A stretch of DNA of 64,000 nucleotides. It comes from a virus. The stretch covers positions 96,001 to 160,000 of the IMG/VR virus record IMGVR_UViG_3300013102_000002, one strand, 5' to 3'. The notes below the pieces were generated by a model. The model was given only the letters and a program-made list of their open reading frames with translations, did not search any database and was not told where the DNA came from. The position numbers and the translations under genes were made by a program. This document shows positions 52,843 through 63,400 of this stretch, piece after piece; position 1 is the first letter of the stretch, and the number at the start of each line of letters is the position of its first letter.

Positions 52843-54664
52843 TAAATAAATATATACAAATTACAAAATACATTATATAATAAAGGAGAACAATACATAT
52901 GACATTTTACGGACTGGCAACAACTCAAAACGGAGCAAGCGTAGTAATCAGAGATTTTACAGCAACAGATCGAATTGGTGTAGAAAATGAAGCAAAAAGC
53001 TATTGCAAGAAACAAGGACTGGTATTTGATAAGGTATTGCCAGAAAAGAATACAGTTAAAGGAGGATCAACACTTACCAAATACGCGAAGCAGCGTCAGC
53101 AATCGAATAACAAACGGTAATTAGTAAATATAATAGGTCTTCTATAATGGGAGGCCTATTCCTTTAAGGGAGTGCTTGAGTTGAAAAATGAAACAGTTTA
53201 TGTAGCACCTGAGTCAATCACAAATAAGAATGTTGAATACATAAAGTTGCTAAGTGGGAAAATTGATTTGAAGAAACCAAGTTTTGCATCTAGCGATGAA
53301 ATTATCGACACACTGAAAGAATTCGATTTAGAAAAACCGCGAAAACATTGAGTTTTTTGAAGGCAATAATCTGATGAAATTGAGTTTTTATCAAGAAAGA
53401 GGGATCGATTAAATGTACATATCAAGCAAGAAAGAAAAAATTTATGTAATTGGGGTAAAAAACAAAGGCTATGTTGATCAATTTGGAGGCATTAATCAGG
53501 ATGTATTTAATGCTCAAAGCTATCAGGAAGTGGATGATGCCAGAAAACATGCGGGTTTATGCACTAATTTGGGGGATTTATATATCAGAGCACTAGTTGT
53601 TGAAGACGCTGGTATTGTAGAAATTTAATTATAAGAACCGTTTCATAAAATTATATGGGGGCGATGCTTTGATTAATATTAGGGAAGTGAAAGAGATATC
53701 TAAGAGCAATGCAAAAGAAATAGTTGAAAATCTTATTGCATTAAAGGAGATAGAATCTCAAATACTTGCTGCTGCTAAGATGGGACTTACTTACACGAAA
53801 GTTGAGATTAACAATGTGAGTAAAGATGAATATACTCAAATTGGCTCATATCTTGAAATGTGTGGATATTCTTTTACTCCATTTAATGATTATCGTTGTG
53901 CTTTTATAGGATGGAAATATGAATAACAATATAAAATACAAGATTCATCAAAAAAGGAGGATAATAATGTATTATTTGCGCAAGGAATCAGAAGAAAAAA
54001 TTATTTCCGAAATTACTAAGACTGATGGGTCAGTAATACCAGAAAGAAAATTTATGAGCGAAGAACGTGCTGTCTTCAAACACCATGATTTTTCACGTTT
54101 TTATAGAGGAACATTTAATGGACTGACGGAGAAATATCAAGGTATGAAAGTATACCAGTGCAAGACATTAAAGAAAATTCTTGAGCTTAGGGAAAGTACA
54201 TTTAATTATAGTGGTGAGTGGTTTGATGTTTATGATGAGAATGGAAAAGTGGAAATTGATGATTTGAAATAGTGGTTTTATTAGGTCACAAATTCATATG
54301 AAAGGAGACTGTTCTATGCCAAACTATTTAAATGACTCTAATAACAAAAGGGTTTTTCTCTATGTGAGAGGTGATGATTATTCAGCTCTCACTTTTGATC
54401 AAAAGTTTTATGCTCAAGAAGTATACGAAGATATGGTTAGTAAAGGCGAAACGTCTAGAACGATTGACGATGAAGATTATATGGATATTGATATCGTAGA
54501 GTTTAACAAGGTTGATGAGAGATTTTTGAAGTGGGTTAAGGATTATCTCTGTGACTACGATCAACTTAAAGGCAGCGATATTTTTGAAGTTAAGCCAGTA
54601 AAGATATAATCAAATAATGCTTTCATGATGTTTTAAAAATAAAAATAAGAGGAGTTGTTGTAAT

Positions 54665-55750
54665 TTGAGTAGTTTGATTGTTGAAGTTTGTAGGGTTGAT
54701 AGCATTGAGAAGCATCCGAACGCCGATAAACTATCCATCATTAGTGTAAAGGGTTGGAATTGTATCGTTGGCCTGGATCAATACAAAGAAGGAGATTTAG
54801 TTGTTTTCATTCCACCAGATTCAATTATTCCTGAAGATTTGATTGAAAAGTATGAACTTACTTATCTCAAGAATGGTGGAAGAGTTGGCAGCACAAAGCT
54901 TCGTGGTTACATTTCACAGGGACTAATTCTTGCTCCACCACAAGGAAAGAAATATAAAGTTGGTGATGATGTAGCCAAAGAAATGAACATCAAGAAATGG
55001 GAGCCACCAACACCGTCTTACCAACAAAATCAATCTGGTAAGAAGAGTACGCCCCGTAATATTAATCCTTATTTTGATAAATATAATGATTTGGAGAATA
55101 TTAAAAACTTCAACAACGTATTCAAAGATGGTGACAAAGTTTATATCAGCGAAAAACTCCACGGAACAAGTTGGAGAGCTGGTAATCATCCGGTAGTTAA
55201 CAAAGGCATAAAAAGAAAAATAGTTAATTTCTTTAAAAAACTGATTGGTAAATATGATGGATATGAATTCGTTTATGGAAGTCGAAATGTTCAATTGTCT
55301 TATACATCGAAGAAGGGATACTACGGTGATGATGTTTACGGAAATATTGCTAAGAAATACAACATGAAAAACATCATCCCAAAAGACTACGGAGTATATG
55401 GTGAAGTTATTGGCAGAGGAATTCAGGATCTGGAGTATGGACTGGATGAGCATGATCTTTACATTTATGATATTAAACTAAATGGCAAGTATCTTCCTTA
55501 TGAAGATATGAAAGCATTCTGTGATGAGCGTAATCTTAAAGTTGTTCCACTTTTATACATAGGTGAATGGAATTCAGAATTAATCAATACATATACGAAC
55601 GGTAAATCGATCTTGGCTCCAAAACAGATTCGTGAGGGTTGCGTAATTAAAGATTACAATGAGACGAATGATCAAAGGCTTGGCCGTAAAGTATTGAAAA
55701 GTATTTCGTTTGATTACTTGACACGAAAAAATGCTACGGAATTCCATTAA
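54665..55750 (+). CDS. ATP-dependent RNA ligase, DRB0094/Rnl2-like family with N-terminal OB domain
   Basis: HPNADKL, LRG..SQGL, EKLHGT (motif I), YGEVIG, YDI, REGCVIK. Confidence 0.9.
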   Translation: MSSLIVEVCRVDSIEKHPNADKLSIISVKGWNCIVGLDQYKEGDLVVFIPPDSIIPEDLIEKYELTYLKNGGRVGSTKLRGYISQGLILAPPQGKKYKVGDDVAKEMNIKKWEPPTPSYQQNQSGKKSTPRNINPYFDKYNDLENIKNFNNVFKDGDKVYISEKLHGTSWRAGNHPVVNKGIKRKIVNFFKKLIGKYDGYEFVYGSRNVQLSYTSKKGYYGDDVYGNIAKKYNMKNIIPKDYGVYGEVIGRGIQDLEYGLDEHDLYIYDIKLNGKYLPYEDMKAFCDERNLKVVPLLYIGEWNSELINTYTNGKSILAPKQIREGCVIKDYNETNDQRLGRKVLKSISFDYLTRKNATEFH

Positions 55751-57418
55751 GAAAGGAGGTAAATAATGCACTGGTCTGATACATATCCCCATGAACTATA
55801 CGCAAATGTACTATTGCTCGATGGTAAAATTGAATGCTGGAAAACTGGAAGCACAAAAGCAGAAGGATACTGGCCTTTTAAGTCATGGTGGAAGCCAAAT
55901 CGATTGAGATTGTCTAATAGCGATCCTCACGAAGAGTGGACGATGGGGGATTACACGGTTGAATCTAAAACATGGATCGTCAACAATGACCAGGAACATA
56001 ATGATGTATTCGCCATTCACTCTAAGGAATGGTATCGACAATGGGAACATGCAGCTGATTATAAATTGGGGAGGGCTTATTGATTGAATCACGCTGAATA
56101 TAAAAAGTTGGTCAAGATTGGTGAAGAAGTATGGATTTGTGACTATCGATTTAACGATATTGACAATCAACCTATTCGTCATGTTAAGCCGACAAGAGTT
56201 TTAGTGGTAAGTAATGAGGAGTTGCCAAGCAATAAGACTGTATATTATTCAGAGTTTCATTTTAAGCCATTTGGAAAGAATGGCAAGCCACTGGCACAAG
56301 TAATTGCTCCATATGATAATACGGGTTATCGATCTTATACCGGAGAGTCACTTAATATTTTCTATGATGAAAAAGAGTGCGTGAAGCACTATAAGAAGCA
56401 ATGTGAAGGAATTATTGATAAGTTTGAAGCCGCCAAAGAATCCAAGTTGAAATATTATGACAAGAAGATTGCTGAGATTCAAGCTGAAATGGAGGAATTT
56501 TAAGAATGATTGATATATTAAAGGCAAAAATTGAATCATTACAAGAAGAAATAACTGAAATCAACTCACAAATAGAAAGTGATTTTGATCCTGATGAATG
56601 GTCTGGAGGCAACTTCGACGATTGCTACAATCTAGGATTTGAACATGGAGAGAAATTTGGTCGAATGGATGCTTATAAAGAAATGCTAAAAATTCTAGAA
56701 AGTACGAATTGAAAAACGTTGATTTATAAGGGTTTTTTAGACCGAAAAACCTCATGAAAGTCAAATTTCATTAGAAAAAGGAGAGATAAGATGATCATAA
56801 ATAAAAGTATTGAAGCCGTAAAAGGTTTGGTAGAGTATTCTATTAATTTCGATGGTTATTCAGAAGAAGATGAACTGCTAGAATATGAAGAATTCAACAA
56901 CATCAAAGAGTTGATGGTGGCATTAAGCAAAGAAAAGTTGCAAGAGATAAAAGAAACTTATCATGAAGCAGACAGAATAAAAATCATTAGTATTAGCTTT
57001 AAAGGAACAACAGAAGACAAGGATACATCATTTCAAATTTTCTTGACTGACAATGAAGTTAGAGAAAATGTTGTAGCAAAAATTGATAACGATGATATCG
57101 ATAATCGACTTCTTTCTAATGTGGAAAAGATCAAAGAAATCATTGATAACACGCTTAATCAATATCCGATCAAGTATTAATAAAATGCACATTTGATGAA
57201 GAAAAGGAGGACAGAACTTGAAAGATGAAAGAGAGTTCGAAAACGAGAATAGAATGTTATTGGGCAATATAGCTAGAATAATTCTTTCAAATGATGCAGA
57301 TGAGATCGAAAATATGAGAATATGGGCGCATAAACGAATTGATGACATGGCTGATTTTAAAATTAAAGAGACTGAATAAATTGTAACATTTATTAAGAAA
57401 AAGAAAGGGTGAATAAAT

Positions 57419-58543
57419 ATTAAAACAAACATATTCGTACCACAAAAGATTAAAGTTGGTTTTCAGAATCGCAACGATACATATACAAAGAAGTTGGCAT
57501 ATGTAATCTACTATGACACAAAAGGAAAGCTACGCCAAGAAACTTCATGGGAGGGATGGCGCGACAATAAAATAGATCCAGTCGAATATGATAATGGACC
57601 AGTTTCAGGATTTGTATTAAATAAGAAGGTTGGCGATTATAAAAGCGGCTGGAACCATCGACAAGCGTACACAAGAGTTTATGATCCTAGAGGGTTTGAA
57701 TTTGAAATAACAATTGAAAATCTGCTCTATATTCTTGAGAACGCCAACTCTATCAAAGGAAAGGGTCTAGAAGGCGAATTCGTCTACTCGTGGGATGGTA
57801 AGAATCTGATTCTTTTACCTGTAGACTCTCCAGATTATCAAGAGATAAGCCAATTTAATAAAATCCTACATGAAAAGAATTTTGTAAAGGCAAAAGATCT
57901 GATTGTTGGAGCTACATACAAATCTAAAGACAATCAAGAGTGGATTTATATGGGGAGATTTGATCTGAAGGATACTGAGTCTGAGCAGATTTATACGGGG
58001 AGATCAAATGATCGTTGGAGTTCGCCACAGTATAAGTATATTTATCACAACATCTCAAAAGGGAAACACCATTTCTTTGTGAAAGAGTCAGAATATACTT
58101 ATGGAGAAAAATATAAAGCATTATCAACAATTAAGTCGCTAGGAGATAGATTTATCGAAGTGGTTTCAAGTGAATGTACAGAAGATTATGCCGAATGGTT
58201 TGATTGGGTAGAAAGACAAACAGAATATTCCCATAGAGACAAATCGAAAGATGAATGGATTAATTATTCATTAGGTGACTTTGAAGAGTATATTCAAAAC
58301 AAAGAGTTTAGAGATGATCGTTGGGGGAGTGTTGTAGATCTGTATATTGAACCAGAAAAGACAGAGCGCGTTCATTATGATATAAATAAAACCCAATTCT
58401 ATAAAGATGGGAAATACATTGCAACTAATCGTGAGTATGAAAAAATTTATATTGGTGATATCCAAACTGTTTATGACCTTTATTCCCCAATGTATAAGAA
58501 CGAGTACTTAGAAAATGGAAAACTATATCGGAGGATTGGTTAA
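57419..58543 (+). CDS. Conserved phage protein with probable ATT start
   Basis: AAGGGTG 7 nt before in-frame ATT; KTNIFVPQKIKVGFQ...LAYVIYYD..GKLR...RVYDPRGFEFEI. Confidence 0.75.
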   Translation: MKTNIFVPQKIKVGFQNRNDTYTKKLAYVIYYDTKGKLRQETSWEGWRDNKIDPVEYDNGPVSGFVLNKKVGDYKSGWNHRQAYTRVYDPRGFEFEITIENLLYILENANSIKGKGLEGEFVYSWDGKNLILLPVDSPDYQEISQFNKILHEKNFVKAKDLIVGATYKSKDNQEWIYMGRFDLKDTESEQIYTGRSNDRWSSPQYKYIYHNISKGKHHFFVKESEYTYGEKYKALSTIKSLGDRFIEVVSSECTEDYAEWFDWVERQTEYSHRDKSKDEWINYSLGDFEEYIQNKEFRDDRWGSVVDLYIEPEKTERVHYDINKTQFYKDGKYIATNREYEKIYIGDIQTVYDLYSPMYKNEYLENGKLYRRIG

Positions 58544-59157
58544 AATGGCGAACAATAATGATCACAAAATTCTGGAACTAAAGAAGCAGATCGAAGACAA
58601 GAAAAAGCAAGTTGGTAAGTTACAAAAGTTTACTCCAGTCACCAATTGTTCTATTGAAATTGATGGACTCAGACACAATATCAATGTTCTCAGTAAGGAA
58701 CAGATTTTATTGTTGATGGTAAAACTAAATTCTTATGCTATTTCTGCAAATGAACTTGGTGTACTAGAAGACTATAATATTAGTGGGTATAATGTTATTG
58801 ATTGGATTGCTGATCTTAAGTCCAAACTTAGTATTCTTGGTAAAAAAGAAGAAGAAGCTAAACTGAAGGCAATGGAATCTAAGTTGGATCAACTATTATC
58901 TGATGATAAGAAAGTTGAACTTGAACTTGATGAAATTGCTAACTTTTTAAAATGAGTAAAACAATGAGAACGGTCCAAAAGCTAGTTAATGGTGAATGGC
59001 AACCAATCAAATTCTATCAGATTAAATACGGTGATTACTTCAGAATGTTTGATAATATTACTCCTGTATCAGATAATGGTAAGTACATATTCCATGCAAC
59101 CAGCTATCCCTATTGCAATGATGATCAGGGTACTCAGACAATTGATTACGAAACATG

Positions 59158-59186
59158 TTGACAAAAGTTTAATAAATAAATATAAT
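59158..59186 (+). promoter_or_regulatory. Consensus SigA promoter with operator in spacer
   Basis: TTGACA-17-TATAAT with TTTAATAAATAAATAT at 59168-59183. Confidence 0.8.
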
Positions 59187-60166
59187 GATAAGTATAGGAG
59201 GTTAACGGAACGAATAAAACATACATAAGTTTGGGAGATGCATTATATGATTGTTTCAAAGAAGATGTTGGAACGGATAATGAATCTCAATTACATGAAG
59301 ATGTTTATGTGAAGAAAAAGCTTAGAGATCATATAGGAGCAAAAGAATACAAAAAGATGGATGCTTTAGATGAAAAGATATGGTATGAAGCCTGGAGAGA
59401 ATTTGATATGAGAACCTATTATGATCGAATGGGAAAATAGGAGGTGTAATGTGGAAACCGGAATACTGTTTAAAGTAGAACTTGCTACATATAAAGATGA
59501 TGGAGTATTGGATAGTAAATTTGATTTCAATGTATTCGTTGATGCGAGTGATTGTCTGGAGGTTTCTTCGGATGAAGAAGAGATTGATATTGGACAAATG
59601 GAAGAGATGGCTGTCAAATATGCAATAGATAAGTTCTTTGATCAAGGTAATGTGCTAAGGATGGGAGAGATAATCGAGATTGTGAGTGTTAGTTATTAAT
59701 GAATAAAAATAAACATAAAGAAGGAATGTAATGGTGAGAACCATTGAAAAACTTACGGTCAATGGATGGGTTGTTTACGAATTTAAAGAATTAGTTGAGC
59801 ATGATATTTTTCGACTGTTTGATGATGGCGTATTATTTGTTGATAAAGATGGTAACTCAGAATTCCAGACGATAAGCGATTCTTATCTAAATAAAGAAGG
59901 ATTTTGGCAAGTTGATATAACTGGCTAGAATATAATAAAAATAATATTTTATCAAGATTGCGAGGTGCAAAATGTTTAAGGAATACAAGGTTAGGTTCTA
60001 TGATTCTGGAGAACATAAACTGGGTTATCTTGTAACTATCGTGGCGTTGGATGTTGAACAGGCCAATGAGTTTGCAACGATGATTGTTTCGGGGCTGGCA
60101 TACCAACCAGATAGCGATTGGTTTCCTCATGACACGAACTATGAGTTTATTTAAAGGAGGTGAATA

Positions 60167-60406
60167 ATGAAACGGATTGATCTAAAACTTATTCAGCCTT
60201 ATTTTTCTCAAGTTAAACATCGATTCAAACCATTTGAAGTGAGAAAGAATGATCGAGACTACGAAGTTGGTGACACTTTAGTTTTACATGAATGGATTCC
60301 TGAAGAAGAAAAATATGCGGGAGACTGGTTTGAGCGAGAAGTAATTTATGTATTTGATAATCCTGATTATGTAAAAGAGGGATTTGTGATTTTGGGGATT
60401 GAATAA
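60167..60406 (+). CDS. DUF3850 / ASCH-PUA protein
   Basis: LK....YF..V....K.FEVRKNDRDY.VGD.L.L.EW. Confidence 0.85.
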   Translation: MKRIDLKLIQPYFSQVKHRFKPFEVRKNDRDYEVGDTLVLHEWIPEEEKYAGDWFEREVIYVFDNPDYVKEGFVILGIE

Positions 60407-60417
60407 GACACTAGGAG

Positions 60418-63400
60418 ATGACGCATACGCAAGTTACAAAGAGAGATGGAATCATTAGCGAATATGATCCAAATAAAATTACTGACGCAATTATTAAGGC
60501 AATGAGAATGACTGAAGTAGGAATTGATAAAGAATTAGCAGAGAAAATAACTTTAAAAGTTACCCAACAAGTAATGAAGAGTAAAAATACATATTCCGTA
60601 GAGTTGCTACAGGACTTGATAGAAAAAGACCTTATGATGAGTAGCAGAAAAGATGTTGCAAGAGAGTATATTACCTATCGGCAAAAAAGAACAGAAGAGC
60701 GCCTTAAACAAAGTGAACTATTTAAGATTGGCGAAGGCATTATTTCTGGAGAAAACGAAGAAGTAACCAAAGAAAATGCTAATTTAAATGGTGAATCCTA
60801 TAGTGGAAAAATGAATCGTTTTGGCTCTGAGTACAGTAAAATGTATGCAAGAAATGTGATGCTTCCAAAACGACTAGTTAAAGCGATGGACGAAGGATTT
60901 ATTCATGTTCACGACCTAGACCATTATGCTGTAGGAACACATAACTGCTTATTTATCCCGTTTGATAAACTCTTAGCAAATGGGTTCCAGGTTAGTGATA
61001 AAGGTTCTGTAAGAACTCCTAACTCAATCATGACTGCAATGGCTCAGGTGGCTATTATTTTTCAGTGTCAACAGAATAGTCAATTTGGTGGGTGTGGTGC
61101 TGCTAAATTTGATTGGGATTTGGCTCCTTATGTGACTAAATCATTCAAGAAACATTTTCGTAAAGGGCAAATGTATTTTGGTGAAACCTATGTCGAAGTA
61201 AGCGACGATAAACTATTTCTTGATAACTCCGCGTTATTGTCTGTACTCCCTAAGTCATACACGTATGCCAAAGAAGAAACAGAGCTAGAGACAAAGCAAG
61301 CAGCAGAAAGTATGATTCATAACTTGAATACAATGGCCTCAAGAGCAGGAGGTCAGGTTCCATTTACCTCAATTACCTTTGGACTATGTACTTCTACAGA
61401 GGGAAAAATGATTTCTAACGCTATCCTAAATGCATCGATGAATGGATTGGGACACTCAGAAACAGCGATTTTCCCACAACTTATTTTCCAGTGTAAGCAA
61501 GGAGTAAACCAGAATCTTGGGGAACCGAATTACGATATTTTCATGAAGGCAATTGAATGCTCTAGTAAGCGTTTGTTTCCTAATTTCGTGAACGTCGATG
61601 CAGACTTCAATCTCCAATATTACGATCCAAGTGATCCAGATACGGCAGTGGCAACCATGGGATGTGTTGATGGAGACGAGGTAGTTACCTACAAACTTAA
61701 TGATATTCTCTATGTGGAATCATTTAAAAGAATGTACGATAATGTTGAAAGGATTGGTTTTAAAAGTAGATTCGGAATATCTGAGTACGTAGAATGTGAA
61801 CGGCTAGAGATATTTGATTCTTACAGTGGTGGGTTTGTAGTCGTTAAGAAAGTGATTAAAAATCCAGATCAAAATAACTGGGTTATCGTAAAACTTAATA
61901 ATGGAAGAAGTATGCTTGCAACAAAGGATCATCCGCTACCAGTTGAGGGAAGAGGACGAATATTCGTAAAGGATATTAAAATTGGCGATAGTATTCCAGT
62001 GACATATGATCAATACTCCGAAGAGTCTGAGGTCTACGAAAATGAAAAAGCATGGCTAGATGGAATGCTGCTATGTGACAGTTCATATAGTGGAGGATGC
62101 GTTAGAATTTCGCTTGGTATGGATGAAAAAGATGCTGCTGAAGCATCTCAAACTGCACTAAGAAGAGTATATGGAATAAAAAACAAAGTAGTATTTCAAC
62201 AACGTGGAGTCAAGGGAATATATCTAGATATTGTTTCTTATGAGTCAGGGACAGAAAAGCTTAATGCGTTGGCTGATATGTTTGGTGGCTGGAATAAGAT
62301 TAACAGAAAAGTTCCTGATTATATCTTCAGATCCAGCAGAGAAAATAAACTCTCGTTTTTGGCTGGAATGATTGATGCGGATGGGCATATCAAAAATATG
62401 CATGGTTCTGCAAGAGTAGAGATTGGCAGTACTAATAAAGAGCTTGCTTTGCAACAAGTAGCATTGGCCCAGGCAGTTGGCATTAAAGCTAAATTATATT
62501 TAAATAAATACAATGGTAATGACAAAAGTAAGATCAGATATAAGGTTGAATTCTATAATACATATGAGTTAAACAAATATCTAAAGTGCAAGAAAAAAAG
62601 AGATGTTCTTGAAAACTGTAAAGCAAGTAATGTGATTGTTCATGAGTGTGCAAAGGTAACAGAAATTATAGAAATGGGTTTTATGAATAAACATAGTTAT
62701 GATGTTGAAACAGAATCAGATCGATTTGATGTCAGCGGAATATACAGTCACAATTGCAGAACCCGTGTAATCTCCAATCGATTTGGAAAAGGTTGTCAAT
62801 CAGGTAGAGGGAATGTTTCATTTAATTCCATCAATTTAACCAAACTAGGTATTGAATATGGAGCAGTAAATGGACGCTCTGAAATTGACGTTGATGGATT
62901 CTGGAATAAACTTGATGAGATTCTTGATATCACTCTAGATGGATTGCTTCATCGTTTTGATATTCAGGGCAACCAACCAGCAAAAGCAAGTGACTTTATG
63001 ATGCAGAATGGTTCATGGACTGGTGGAGAAAAACTTCATCCCAATCAGAAAATTAAAGACTTGCTCAGAATGGGTTCAATTAGTATTGGATTTGTTGGAC
63101 TAGCAGAGTGTCTAAAGGCTTTGTTCGGGAAACATCATGGTGAAGATCAAGACGTATGGTATTTTGGGCAGGAACTGATCCATTATATCAGAGAGTATTG
63201 TGACATGAAATCAGATGAACACGATATGAATATCACATGCTTCGCGTCTCCCGCAGAATCACTTGCAGGTAAATTTGCCAGAATGAATAATAAGCAATAT
63301 GGCGTTATTGAGGGAGTTACAGACAGAGAATATATCACTAATTCATTCCATATTCCTGTTTATTTTAATTTGCCAGCTCACAAGAAAATTGAATTAGAAG

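Larger units (their letters stand above)
1546..56738. repeat. Dispersed inverted repeat AAAACCCTT...AAGGGTTTT linked to the 18-bp palindrome
   Basis: Copies at about 1546-1574, 35085-35111, 37499-37526, 46477-46504, 53332-53358, 56712-56738. Confidence 0.8.
1514..59952. repeat. Dispersed 18-bp palindrome ATRAAA-N6-TTTYAT at gene boundaries (more than 40 copies)
   Basis: Exact copies start at 1514, 13853, 16198, 18073, 26154, 30786, 35127, 37542, 39612, 39836, 40643, 41009, 48373, 50722, 53374, 56754, 59935; about 25 further 1-2 mismatch copies. Confidence 0.9.
52899..60406 (+). other. Array of accessory ORFs between RecJ and NrdD
   Basis: Co-oriented ORFs with RBSs and palindrome boundaries. 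Confidence 0.7.

Noticed and set aside
54923-55453. Long minus-strand ORFs such as this one, 14989..15456 and 47230..47652
   Set aside because: Fully overlap well-supported plus-strand genes, lack RBSs and have antisense-type composition
1514-59952. CRISPR array or REP-like interpretation of the repeated palindrome
   Set aside because: Copies are separated by whole genes, not 30-40 nt spacers; arms are only 6-8 bp; no cas genes
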